NCBI RefSeq assembly: GCF_006345805.1
Contig: NC_042999.1
Location: forward strand, 30,814,001-30,878,000
Reading direction: 5' to 3'
DNA length: 64,000 nt
Source: Octopus sinensis
Lineage: Eukaryota
Part shown: piece after piece, positions 52,358 through 63,972 of the stretch
How positions within the stretch are numbered: position 1 is the stretch's first letter
Layout: the number at the start of each line of letters is the position of its first letter
Program-made: the position numbers and the translations under genes
The notes under the pieces: generated by a model
What the model was told of the DNA's origin: nothing
Seen by the model: only the letters and a program-made list of their open reading frames with translations
Databases searched by the model: none

Positions 52358-53082
52358 ATGCTGAGAGATTGGGGTCGCCCGTTTGCCTTCGGACGGTTGA
52401 ATTCTGCCGTTATTATCAGTGTATTTTGGCAATTTGCATAAGAGTTTTGACTGTTATTTCCAGTAGGTAAACATTATTAGTATGTCCTTTGATTGATTTT
52501 AATACTTCAGTTATTTAAGGCCTTCAGGGGGATGGGGCTGCAATCACCTGTATAATTGATTCTGTTATTACCATTTTTAAATTGTTACACTACATGGTAA
52601 CAGAGTCAATTGTTTTTCGTAAATTATTTTACTCGTGAATTATTTACTCCGTATTGAAATTATTTTCACACGGGTGGCTGCCATGATTTCAACGCAAAAC
52701 GAATCAGCTGCAGCGCAGACTTCAACACGACTGGTTGGGGCTCTCTATCATGGTAACTCCTGCTGAGGAAGGTTAGCCTATTATGCCAGTCGAGAAACCG
52801 GTCCATGTGAGTCTAAATACTTGAATGTATGCTGAGAAGTTGTCGTAGCCTGTTTGCCTTCGGATAGGTTGATTTCTGTAGTTCTTATCAGTGTATCTTA
52901 GCGATTTAGAAAAGAGTTTTGATTATTATTTCCAGCGGGTAGACATATTTAGTATGTTCTTTCATTAATTTTAATACTTCAGCTATTTAATGCTTTTGGG
53001 ACCTGCAATCACCTATGTAATTGATTCTATTATTATCATTTTAAAATTGTTACACTAGATAATAACAGAGTCAATGATATCT
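52357..53082 (-). repeat. ~470-bp repeat unit, ~1.5 tandem minus-strand copies
   Basis: GTATGCTGAGA..GTTTGCCTTCGGA... occurs at 52357 and ~52827. TTTTAATACTTCAG occurs at ~52497 and ~52968. Confidence 0.85.
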
Positions 53083-53680
53083 TCTTGCTGACGAAGCGCA
53101 AAGTGGGAGAAATGCGCATTTATCAATGCCATTACCGATGCTTGATGGAATTTATGTGATTCTGATCAGTATTATTTTTCTTGATACTTAACATTATACC
53201 TCATTCATATATATTATTGTAAGACGAATACCGGAACTGGTTAGATTTTCTGTGATGTATGTGCATTAAGTGTAACATACGGATTGTAATTTTAAACTAA
53301 TTTTGCTTCTCCCGAACATAACGATTATTCTACGCACACACGCACACTCATGAAGACAAACACTCACGCGCGCTCATTAAAACAAATGCACATACACACA
53401 CGCACACTCATAAAAACAAACACCACATATACACACACACTTTGATAGACATGCGCAAGGAGCAACTAAGAACCAGATGTATGTATGTGTGCATGCGTAT
53501 ATGTTAATGTGTGTGCGTGCATACGTACAGCGTGAGAGAGATAGAAAAAAGAAAGAAAGAAAGAAAGAGCAGCATAGCTAGACTTAGGCATGAATGTGTA
53601 GTAACAAACTTGCTTCCCAAAATCACAGTTCTTGGCAAGTCTCTTCGGGCTGATTATATATATATATAGAGAGAGAGAGA

Positions 53681-54005
53681 GATTTGCTTCACCACATACC
53701 GAAGTTTAGAAATAGCAGTCAAAAAATCTTAGCTATTCCTTCTACATTAAAAGGATAAGAAAATCTCTTAGCATACACTCAAATATCTGGACTCACGTGC
53801 ACTGGTTTCTGGTCTAGCAAAATAAGTTAACCCTCTACAGCACGCTTTACCATGATAGAGAGCCCCAACCCGTCGTGTTGAAATCTGCGCTGCAACTGAT
53901 TCGTTTTGCGCCGAAATCATGCCAGCCACCAGTGTGAAAATAATTTTTGACTGCTAAGATTTTTTGACTGCTATTTCTAAATTTCGGTATGTGGTGAAGC
54001 AAATC
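53681..54005. repeat. 53-bp inverted repeat enclosing a fragment of the 470-bp unit
   Basis: Arms 53681-53733 and 53953-54005 match at 52/53 nt. The loop contains ~190 bp homologous to 52004-52180. Confidence 0.9.
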
Positions 54006-54399
54006 GTTGCTGAAACCTAATTATAAAGTATTACTTAAGCTTACCATGAAATGGTCTTTTTCATGCCGAATTCTACTTGGTGAAATTACTGATTACTTCT
54101 TAATTAATTAATTTTACCCTTTGTTATTATATATATATAGATAGATATAGATATATAGAGGGTACTATTATTCATAGGTACCGCACGCTAGGGGGCACTT
54201 TTGCAGTCAAAACTACTAAAATAAACAAATTGTACCGAATGCAAAACTTCAAGGCGAGTATTTTCAAAGTTGAAAAAATTTACAGATTTTTCTCTTACGA
54301 GGTTTCTCACTCTAACTACTGATAATTTCTTATAAAGATTTTATCCTTATTTTTAAATTTAGATATAGATATAGATATAGATATATATGGGGGGGGGTC

Positions 54400-54600
54400 T
54401 TTGTGTTTGTACGCCCCACCGCTTGACAGCAGTTATTGATGTATTTACGAACCCGTTACTTTACAGTTCGGCAAGAGAAACCGACAGAATAAGAACCAGG
54501 CGTAACAAAGACAAAATAGGTATTGGAGTCGATTCATTCGATTAAAACATCGAGGCAATACCCGAGTGCGGCCGCGGTCTAATGACTGAATCAAGTAAAA
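54400..54600 (+). mobile_element. SINE family A 3' half
   Basis: GCTTGACAGC..TTCGGCAAGAGAAACCGACAGAATAAG...GGCCGCGGTCTAATGACTGAA. Confidence 0.75.
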
Positions 54601-54621
54601 GTTAAAATACAACATATATAT

Positions 54622-54848
54622 TTTTTACTACCCAAAAGGGGCTAAACACAGAGGGGACAAACAAGGACAGACAAAGGGATTAAGTCGATTACATCGACCC
54701 CAGTGCGTAACTGGTACTTAATTTATCGACCCCGAAAGGATGAAAGGCAAAGTCGACCTCGGCGGAATTTGAACTCGGAACGTAACGACAGACGAAATAA
54801 GGCTACGCAGGTCGCCCGGCGTGCTAACGTTTCTGCCAGCTCGCCGCC
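54622..54848 (-). mobile_element. Full-length SINE family B (MetaSINE-like) with 20-bp TSD
   Basis: Minus-strand head GGCGGCGAGCTGGCAGAAACGTTAGCACG. Perfect TSD TTAAAATACAACATATATAT at 54602-54621 and 54849-54868. Confidence 0.93.
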
Positions 54849-54881
54849 TTAAAATACAACATATATATGTATATATGTATA

Positions 54882-54946
<65 letters not shown>

Positions 54947-55559
54947 CTGTGTATGTATATGTATATATAACATGGTGTATAAGTCTATTATGTGCATTTT
55001 TAATATTTGGAAAACATCATCGTACTATGTACACTTTAAGGGAAAAAAATGCTTTAATATTATCATTGTACATCATATATTGTATGCAACACCAGCATAT
55101 ATGTTGCCAGCTATTCAGAGAATGAGCTGATTTCAGAAATATCACACCAATATTATTTACTTTATTAAATGCAGATCTACATATTAATATGATGTTAGCT
55201 TTTGTATGAATCACAAAAGGTTTAGCAGCCATATTAGAAGTCTACTAATACCAGAGAACGGTGTATAAGTGACAGGAATAGCTTAATTATTCAACTAGTT
55301 CCTTTCACTGAACGGAAAATTTTCAACATATTTATTCAGCTTTGTTGACACGCATCATTTCTCTTCACGAACAATATAATAATAGAGGATCACAGACTTT
55401 ATATATGATGGAATGAAAGATGTGTCACATGTTTCAGCGTATACATAGGTATAAATGTAGATTAGCTATGTAAACAAATATAGTAATTTACCAACGTTAG
55501 TAATAACACAAATCGTACATGCATTCGGTGGAACGTAAATACCCAACTGGCTGTATATC

Positions 55560-55591
<32 letters not shown>

Positions 55592-55699
55592 AATATTGTG
55601 TATGCGTGTTTGTGACTGTGTGTTGGTGCATGAGACTACATGTTATATAATATACCTAAATATATATTCACAAGGTAAATTAATGCGTGTATGCATTTT

Positions 55700-55912
55700 T
55701 TTACTTGTTTCGATCACTTGACTTTGGCCATGCTGGAGCACCGCCTTTAGTCGAGTAAATCGACCCCAGGACTTATTCTTTGTAAGCCTAGTACTTATTC
55801 TATCGGTCTCATTTGCCGAACTTCTAAGTTACGGGGACGTAAACACACCAGCAGCGGCTGTCAAGTGATGATGGGGGAGAAAAACACAGACACACAAACA
55901 TGCACACATGCA

Positions 55913-55961
<49 letters not shown>

Positions 55962-56122
55962 GACGGACTTCTTTCATTTTCCGTCTACCAAATCCACTCA
56001 CAAGGCTTTGGTCAGCCCGAGGCTATAGAAGAAGACGCTTGCCCAAGGTGCCACGTAATGGGACTGAACCCGGAACCTTGTGGTTCGTATGCAAGCTACT
56101 TACCACACAACCACTCCTGCGC
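55700..56122 (-). mobile_element. Full-length SINE family A
   Basis: Reverse-complement match to 11500-11916. Confidence 0.9.
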
Positions 56123-56409
56123 ATTAGGCATGAATGTGTAGTAAGTAACTTGCTTCCCAAACTTATAGCTCTTGACAAGTCTCTTTGGGCCGATCAAAGC
56201 TCCTGCATCTTCATATATTTTGTTAGGGAATGTAACTGTCGAACAAATGATGAGAAGCGAAATGATTCTAAGGAATATAGCTCTTTGTTTGTGGTTCTAT
56301 CAGGCTTGTGCAGAAATATGAGTTCATGTGTGCGAACTCATAAATGTATGTGTGTGTGTGTATACATAAACGCACATACATACATACCTATATTATATAT
56401 ATATATATA

Positions 56410-56459
<50 letters not shown>

Positions 56460-56462
<3 letters not shown>

Positions 56463-56665
56463 TTAATCCAAACATGAAAGCACAAAAAAACACAACAACG
56501 CGAGGACGTGGAACAAAATAGTATTAGTGGACGCTCAGGAAAGAAGGAGGGAAGGATGGTATAACGTTTCGAGCGGAGCTCTTCGTCGGAAACATAGGAG
56601 AAGGAAAGATCCAGAGAAGGGACGACAGAGGGAAAAAAATCGCCAATGGTACATATGCGGTCATA
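56460..56665 (-). repeat. PLE pseudo-LTR-like repeat (copy 2) with variant hammerhead core
   Basis: Homologous to 1205-1415. The motif at 56559-56593 reads GTTT-CCGACGA-A-GAGC(TCC)GCTC-GAAAC-GTT-ATAC on the minus strand. Confidence 0.7.
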
Positions 56666-57176
56666 TATATATATATAATAAGGATTTGGAATCCGGGCAG
56701 GTACCTTAGAACTCTAATATAATCCAGATCTGGATAACCACATCGAATCGTTTAAGATAAACAATTAAACTGTACTGCACTCGATAAGCAAATCCTGAGT
56801 TGGATATTATATAGCTTACAGAAGATATAACCAAGAGATCATAAAGAAAAACCTAGAAGTACGAATCTTTAAAATGTTTTTATTAAAATATTATTAAAGC
56901 ATTAGTGCCATCAAATTCCAATCCGACTCGTGTTTCTGCTGGATAAGTATTCAATTAGTAGCTTTAGATTTATATCAGTTCCAGTAAATATTCAACCAAG
57001 CTGGACATTCCTATGCAGCTTTGTTCAAGGTTTTACCCATTCAGGTAAAACGCTTCATTAGATCAAAGATGAACGTCGTAACAAACTGAGTGCTGGCTAT
57101 AATTTTTTATAGAAAATGTTTAGAGGCTAGCTTTAACAAGTGAAATATATACATACATGCATATATACCTATATAT

Positions 57177-57229
<53 letters not shown>

Positions 57230-57574
57230 GGTATGCATGTATATAATACCTACAGCTGGTTACGTTTAGTTATTTAAAATCAAAAATGTAGATACCAGGA
57301 AATGCAAGGGAAAGAAAGAGGTTTAATGAGCACGTGTAAAGCAAGGGAAATTACTGTAAACTAGTGTATTTAATCTTGTATGTCGATATATTCCTGAAGC
57401 GTAATTGAGTAAGAGTTGTGCACAAAGGAAACCCAAATGGAATCACATTCAAAATCTACTCCTAAGATTTTTTTCATGTATTTGGATTAGCTGATGCAGG
57501 AATTATTCTCCTTCCTTCCTATGTTCATAGTTTACTTAAGACTTACAAGAATATTTGTCGTTTCGTCACAATTA

Positions 57575-59052
57575 TCAAGTCATCCACTAAGTTCTGTCCC
57601 AATTTTGATTAAAGAAAACAAGTGATTAAATTCTGTTGCATCTTGAGAGAACTATTGAAAAGGTTGCAAAACGCAACGAAAGTTTTAGGAAAATGAAAAT
57701 AAGAAATAAGTGGAAATTTTACCGGTGAGTGTGTTAAATTATAAGGCACAAAAAAATTACTCTCCCCAGACACAATAGAATATGCCTCAACACACGAACT
57801 CACATAAAGATTCTTGCAAACCAAATCCAAAAAGTGATCAAATGTTATATATAATTGAAATTAATCATCAATGTACTTTCCTTGATTATCTATGACTTCC
57901 TTCCATCTATTTACAAGCTTTTTAATCCAATCAATGTAAAACTCTTTTCGGTTCAAAGCGAAAAACTCTGAAATGTCAGTTTCGACCTCCTCCTGGCTTG
58001 CGAAAGTTATGTCTCTCAAATGATTCTGTAAACTACGAAACAAATAGTACTCTGAAGGTGCAAGGTCGGGAGAATAAGTTGGATGAGGAACTTTTCACCC
58101 CAACCAAGCTCTTCGATCTCCTGTGATGTGATTTTGCAGTGTGGGATCGCGCATTGACCTGATGAAACATCATTCCTTTTCGATTCACTAAAGCGGGTTT
58201 TGTTTTTACTCAAAGCTTGGTTCAAACGCTCTAATTGCTGACAGTAGAATTGAGCATTGATTGTTGCATTAGGTGGTAACAATTCAAAGTAAGTTACTCT
58301 TTCCAATCCCACCAGTTAGAGAGAAGAACCATTTTTCTGTGAAGTGCCAATCTCGGTTGTGGTTGAGCTTTTTCCCTTTTACCAAGCCACTGTTTAAGAC
58401 TATTAACATTTCGATAGAAGTTCCATTTTTCGTCACCAGTCACAAGTCTATCCCAAAAGGGTGAAATTAGTTCGCGAGAATGGAGAGAAGAGTAAATGTC
58501 TACTCGGGATTTGAGGTTGCTTTCGGACAATTCATGAAACACCCATTTTCTAAGTTGAAGTTGACGATGAAGAGTTGTATGGTTTGAACTAAGCTTCATT
58601 GCCAATTCTTCAACTCATAATGCAAGATTTTCTTCATGAAATGCCTCAAGGAGCTTATCATCAAACTCAACTGAACGTCCTGTTTGATCTTCATTTTCAA
58701 GCCTGAAATTTCCCCTTCTGAATTTTGTAAACCACCTTCTGCAAGTTCTTTCATTCAAGCATCCTTTCCCATAAACTAAGTATATGTTTCGAGTCGCTTC
58801 GGCTGCAGAGTTTCCTTTTTTGAACTCATAAAGCATTATGTGCCTTAAATGCTCTTTGGATACTCCTATGTTAGAAAGGGTTTTAATCAAAGAAATTTTA
58901 ATTCTCTTAATTGTAAAATAATATTTAATTAGTTTAAGTGTACACAAATGCATAAAAATATTTTCTAATTCCCTTAGACATTCTAAAATTCTATTAAATT
59001 TCATTCAATTTTTAAAATGGTAAAATCGGACAGAACTTATGGGATGACCTGA
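57575..59052 (-). mobile_element. Full-length mariner (DD34D) transposon, inactive
   Basis: Inverted termini TCAAGTCATCCACTAAGTTCTGTCC (57575) and GGACAGAACTTATGGGATGACCTGA (to 59052), each flanked by TA. Encloses the transposase remnant. Confidence 0.92.
57861..58869 (-). pseudogene. Mariner transposase pseudogene
   Basis: KEHLRHIMLYEFKKG HTH, WVFHEL, TGDEKW, HQVNAR (second D mutated to V), YSPDLAPSEYYLF (third D mutated to E) and GKYIDD*. The start codon reads ATA and there are several frameshifts. Confidence 0.92.
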
Positions 59053-59153
59053 TATAATTTTAATTAATCATTGCTTTGAAGCTCAGTTATTGGATTAAAG
59101 GTCCCACTGTTATAGGCACATACAAACATACATACATACTTACATATATTTCT

Positions 59154-59194
<41 letters not shown>

Positions 59195-59217
59195 TAGATA
59201 GATAGATAGATAGATAT

Positions 59218-59256
<39 letters not shown>

Positions 59257-59482
59257 CACAAAATGCTTTACTGTTTCCTTGGCCCCTACAATTAAACTAA
59301 TAATCGATCCTGATAACAACGGACTTGGTCAAAACATGTGAATCTAAAGATAAAGATATTGAAGTAATAATGATAACAACAACAGCAAGAAGGTGAAGAA
59401 GAAGAAGAAGAAGAAGAAGAACAACAACAACAACAACAACAACAATAACAACAACAACAACAAAAATAACGACTACAGTAAC

Positions 59483-59483
59483 G

Positions 59484-59534
<51 letters not shown>

Positions 59535-59580
59535 TAATAATAATAATAATAATAATAATGATAATAAACATAATAATAAC
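59483..59580. repeat. (TAA)n microsatellite (preceded by (GAA)n/(CAA)n)
   Basis: Directly visible. Confidence 0.95.
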
Positions 59581-59880
59581 TATGTTGAAAAAGCTTGCCT
59601 TTTAATTGAATTTGCAATCTCTGTAACAAAAATTTATCTCTGAATACGTTTGAGAAATTGAGCAATGATAAGGACTTGAAGATTAAAATAAGAAGAATGT
59701 GGCATCCGAAAACAACATTACTTATAGTTATTGGGGCAATTGTAATTGTATCAGTAGAATCAGACAAATGTGTAGACCAAATTCCTGGCAGCCCCAAAAT
59801 AAGTGAATTGGTAAACATCATTTTTGTGGTTATCTCACATATTTCTACATGCATATAACTTCGTGTTAATATAACCATGC
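59581..59880 (+). mobile_element. Dong/R4-like RLE LINE 3' coding remnant
   Basis: ACLLIEFAI..., TFEKLSNDKDLKIKIRRMWHPKT..VIGA and QIPGSPKISEL match the CLLID.A.P...EKLSKYKDLEIEI.RMW C-terminus of R4/Dong elements. It begins at a TAA array. Confidence 0.75.
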
Positions 59881-60049
59881 TCACTCAGTGCTAGTATTTC
59901 ATTACTTTCTTTTTCACATAAAAAAAATTTTAGAAGCCAAATCTCGCTGTCCAATGACGTCTGGTTAAGTTATGTGAGCAGCTTGCATATTTTAAAGCAG
60001 GGTTAAAACTTAATAGTAATAATATTAATTCTTTGTACTATAGGCATAA

Positions 60050-60170
60050 GGCGTGAAATTATGGGGTACGGGGTAAATTGATTATATTGATCGCAGTGCT
60101 TATTTGGCACTTACTCTATGGATTCCGAAAGTATGAAATGCCAAGTCGACCCTGACAGAATTTGTTACGC
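60050..60170 (-). mobile_element. SINE family B fragment, degenerate
   Basis: TCGCAGTGCT..TTGGCACTTA..CCGAAAGTATGAAATGCCAAGTCGACC. Confidence 0.55.
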
Positions 60171-60202
60171 CCATGCACGTGCACACACACATGCGCATAC
60201 AC

Positions 60203-60281
<79 letters not shown>

Positions 60282-60429
60282 TATATATATATGTATGTAT
60301 ATGTGTGTGTTAGTAAGTGCTTGTGTGTGCAATTTCAAAACTAACGAGGAAAGTAAACAACACAGAAGACCAAATAGAAAAGGAAGTGTAATTTTTATTT
60401 AGAGCAAGTGGTAAGAAAATAGAAATGGC

Positions 60430-60463
60430 TTTGACGTTTCGAACACGGGATCTTCTTCAGAAA
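60430..60463 (-). ncRNA. Type I minimal hammerhead motif
   Basis: Minus strand: TTT-CTGAAGA-A-GATC(CCGT)GTTC-GAAAC-GTC-AAA. Intact cores, palindromic stem III (ACGT), GUC triplet, one U-U mismatch in stem II. Lies within a purine-rich pLTR-like tract (~60330-60600). Confidence 0.6.
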
Positions 60464-60674
60464 TTTAAGTGGAAGGAAATTTGTAGCAAAGAATATAAAC
60501 ATGGGAAAGGGAGAAAATCGATTCAACTTGTGTCAGATGATGGTATTGGACAAATAATGAGAATCAAGACCAGCAACCAAACTTATTTTGAGACAAGGTA
60601 CATAATCATTTGTACGCATGCACATATATATGTATGTATATATATATATATATATATAATATATATATATATAC

Positions 60675-62266
60675 ATACAAAGCCAATTTTAGTAGAAACC
60701 CCAAATGTAGATTGATAAATCCGGCTAAAACTGAGATAGGAATTATTAGCAAAAATATTTTGGACCGTATTTTAGTTAAGTTAGATAGTGAAGTAGACTT
60801 GAGAATTTGGAAGAATAGTAAGTCAGTTATAGAGTGGTTTAAAGGTATTAGCTATAAGAATAATTGTAGTTTCACACAATTCGACATTATTGACTTTTAC
60901 CCGTCAATATCTAGGACATTGCTCCTAAGGGCATTGGACTTCGCCAAGCAGTATGTCAACATCGATAGCTCGGAAATTGAAATTATTATGCATGCGAGGA
61001 AATCGCTTCTTTTTTTCGAGGATTCCACCTGGATTAAGAAGACTGAGGATTCTCTTTTCGATGTACCGATGGGGGCATACGACGGGGCTGAATTATGTAT
61101 GCTCATAGGAGCCTATATTCTCCATAATCTAAAAATAGAATTCCCATTTATAGATGCAGGTTTATATAGGGATGACGGCCTTATAGCCACGCATAATCTA
61201 AACGGCCATGAATCAGATAGACTTAGGAAGGACCTTATAGCTTTCTTTCAAAGGATGGGCTTACGGATTACGATAGATGCTAACCTGAATAGTGTAGTTT
61301 TTTTAGACGTAAATTTTAATGTAAGATCGGATAGATTTAAACCTTTCCGTAAGCCCAATGAAAAGCTATCGTATATTAGCAAAGATTCGAACCATCCACC
61401 AGTTATCCTTAGCAACTTAGTCAGCAATGTAGGTAGAAGAATATCTTCAATTTCTTCGGACGAGGCAGCATTCCATAATGCTGCACCTTATTACGATAGC
61501 GCATTAAAGAATAGTGGATTCTCGGAGATCCAGTTCAACCAGCTTAATGCTAATAATAATGCTGCACGAAGAACTAGGACCAGGAAAGTTTTGTGGTTCA
61601 ACCCGGCTTTCAATTTGGCCGTAAAGACTAATATAGGTAAGGAATTTTTGAGATTAGTCTCTAAGCATTTTAAGCAGGGTCATAAATTCTACAGAATATT
61701 TAATAGAAGAACCCTGAAGGTTAGCTATTCTTGTTGCAGAAATTTCGCCTCTTACATTAGCCAACATAATAGGAAGCTAATTGAGATTAGACATGGTGCC
61801 GAGCCCATTAAGAAATGTAATTTCAAAAACGAAAGCTCCTGTCCGTTAGAAGGGAAATGTCTAGTGAAAGGAGTAGTTTATAGAGCCAAGTGCAAGTGGA
61901 AGGCTCATCGGAATACAAGACATACACAGGGGCTTCAGAAAATTCATTTAAAACAAGATTTTATTCTCATAAAAATTCTTTTAAATACCTAGAGAATAGG
62001 AAGAAAACCAGCCTAGCAAAATATGTCTGGGAACTAAAAGAAAAGGAAGCCCCACCTTTCAACGTGACATGGAGCATTCTGGACAGGGCGGCACCATACA
62101 GGCATGGAGCTTACAAATATAATTTCAAGTGCAGACTTTGCCTATTAGAAAAAATGCACATCTTATTCAAGACAATAATTCTTTGAATCAAAGAAGTGAG
62201 TTAATGAACTTATGTAGGCACGCGGCTAAATTTAAAATGTCGAATATAAATATACCATATGGATAG
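60675..62266 (+). mobile_element. Penelope-like retroelement (RT plus C-terminal GIY-YIG), 5'-truncated, two frameshifts
   Basis: ORF 60610-61992: RLINPAK, FDIIDFYPSI, MGAYDGAELC, GLYRDDGL, FLDV, SNHPP, CPLEGKC..VVY. ORF 61890-62186: TYTGASENSFKTRFYSH..C.LCLLEK. The end reads LNQRSELMNLCRH. The true coding start follows the (TA)n at 60636-60671. Confidence 0.92.
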
Positions 62267-63314
62267 AGTATATATTTTGTATTTTTGATTTTTGATTTTG
62301 ATTTTGACTCTTGAGCGCTACGATGGATTTTGATTCTGTTTCCAAGCTACGCGGATATTAATCCGTATAGCAAAGTCTTATGTTTCTACATATATATTAG
62401 GAAAAACCTACAAACTTTGTTTTCATGTTATTGTATTGCATAGGATTACCTTGATTATTTATATTACCTTGATTATTTATAAATGACCCAAAATAGGATG
62501 TTATATTTTAATTTATATGTCTTTCGTATATATTTTTATTAATGCACCCATTTTTTAAAAGCAATGTTTTTTTAAAAAAAAGCAATGTTGTCAAAATTAG
62601 AATGTTTATATAAGTATGTGTATAGCAAAGCATATGTATTTGTAAGCATGCGTATCTGTGTATGTGTAAGTGAAAGTATGCTTATGCTTAAGCACACATA
62701 TACACGACGGTATGTATATGTATCCATTCAAACTTGTGTATGTATACTGGTCTCTATAGATGCCAATAACATCGTTACAAGTTTTTCCCCACCCCTCCTT
62801 CGTTCCTTTTTCTCTCTTTCCCTTTCTTTCGTTCCCCCTCCTTGCTCAGTATATGAGAATTGCTACATAGATGAATTTTAGCTTGCGTGCGAGACGGTTT
62901 GCGTGAATATATGTACACATGCTTTTATGTGTATATTTAGATTCATATTCATACGTCTGTATATGTATGTATGGCGTTTACGCGCATCCTTTTGTGTATG
63001 TTGATATATATATGTAGATTTTAATATAAATATGTATTGCAGTATTTATAACAGGTTTAATTTCTATGCATTAATTTGCACTGTCTTCATTAACGGCAAT
63101 AGGTTTTTTCCTCGGTTTTTTCCTCGGATTTTATAATTTTTATAAGTTTTTATATATATATATATATATACATATATTTTTGACCTTTTTGTTTATCGCT
63201 CGAAGTTTGACCGTTTTTCTAAAGGGCCAATCAAACAAGTCCATTTCTTTTTAAAGGTGTAGCGTTTGTAAGAGTATAGATTGAATTGATATATAAGTTC
63301 CATTCTAGCAAAAA

Positions 63315-63352
63315 CTGTCTGATGAACGGCAACGAGAAACTCAGAGTAACAG
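63315..63352 (+). ncRNA. Type I hammerhead motif downstream of the PLE ORF
   Basis: CTGT-CTGATGA-A-CG(GCAA)CG-A-GAAAC-TCAGA-GTA-ACAG. Intact cores, stem I CTGT/ACAG, near-palindromic stem III (ACTCAGAGT), GNRA-capped but short stem II. Confidence 0.6.
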
Positions 63353-63731
63353 ATTTTGTTGAATGTTCTGCTGCTTAAAATAAAGTATATATATATATAT
63401 ATATATATTATTATTAAAGTATGTTGTGTGTTTGTGAGTACGTGTTTATGATCCCGTGTGTGAATATGTGAGAATTTGTTCGTCAGTATGTACTGTGGAT
63501 ATGTACTTGTATGTGTGTGTGTGTGTGGATACAATTTAAGCGAAATGAATGTGTGTGTTAAATTTTGGTATTGGGGGCTTTCTGTTGTATGATAATGGAG
63601 CGCGTATGTTTGTTCGTGGTGATGTCAAATTCTGTCTATGTGTATTTGTATTTTAATTGTCATATAATAAATTCGTGTCTTTGTCAGTGTGTGTGTTTAT
63701 CCTTATATATACATGTATAAATATATACATG

Positions 63732-63775
<44 letters not shown>

Positions 63776-63809
63776 GTATATATATATAGTTATATATAGA
63801 AAGAGAGAA

Positions 63810-63897
63810 CAGACAGAACGACAAACAGACAGTCAGACAGAGAGTCAGACAGACAGACAGACAGAGAGGGATGGATGGATGGATGGATGGATGGATG

Positions 63898-63971
<74 letters not shown>

Positions 63972-63972
63972 A
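63810..63972. repeat. (GACA)/(GGAT)n/(GATA)n compound microsatellite
   Basis: Directly visible. Confidence 0.95.

Noticed and set aside
51884-53082. CRISPR-like or viral repeat interpretation of the tandem units
   Set aside because: The units are ~470 bp, diverged, have no unique spacers and no cas genes, and the context is eukaryotic.
53088-53120. CTGACGA...GAAA-TGCGCA-TT hammerhead-like string
   Set aside because: Stem III is palindromic, but stem II does not close and stem I does not pair. At best it is a very decayed relic.
58155-58175. CTGATGAAAC inside the mariner (similar string at ~6290)
   Set aside because: It is coding sequence of the transposase (or LINE remnant), with no stem II or stem I.
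60610-60674. N-terminal 20 codons of the 460-aa ORF
   Set aside because: These are read-through of the (TA)n tract. PLE homology starts at ~60675, so this is not a real start.
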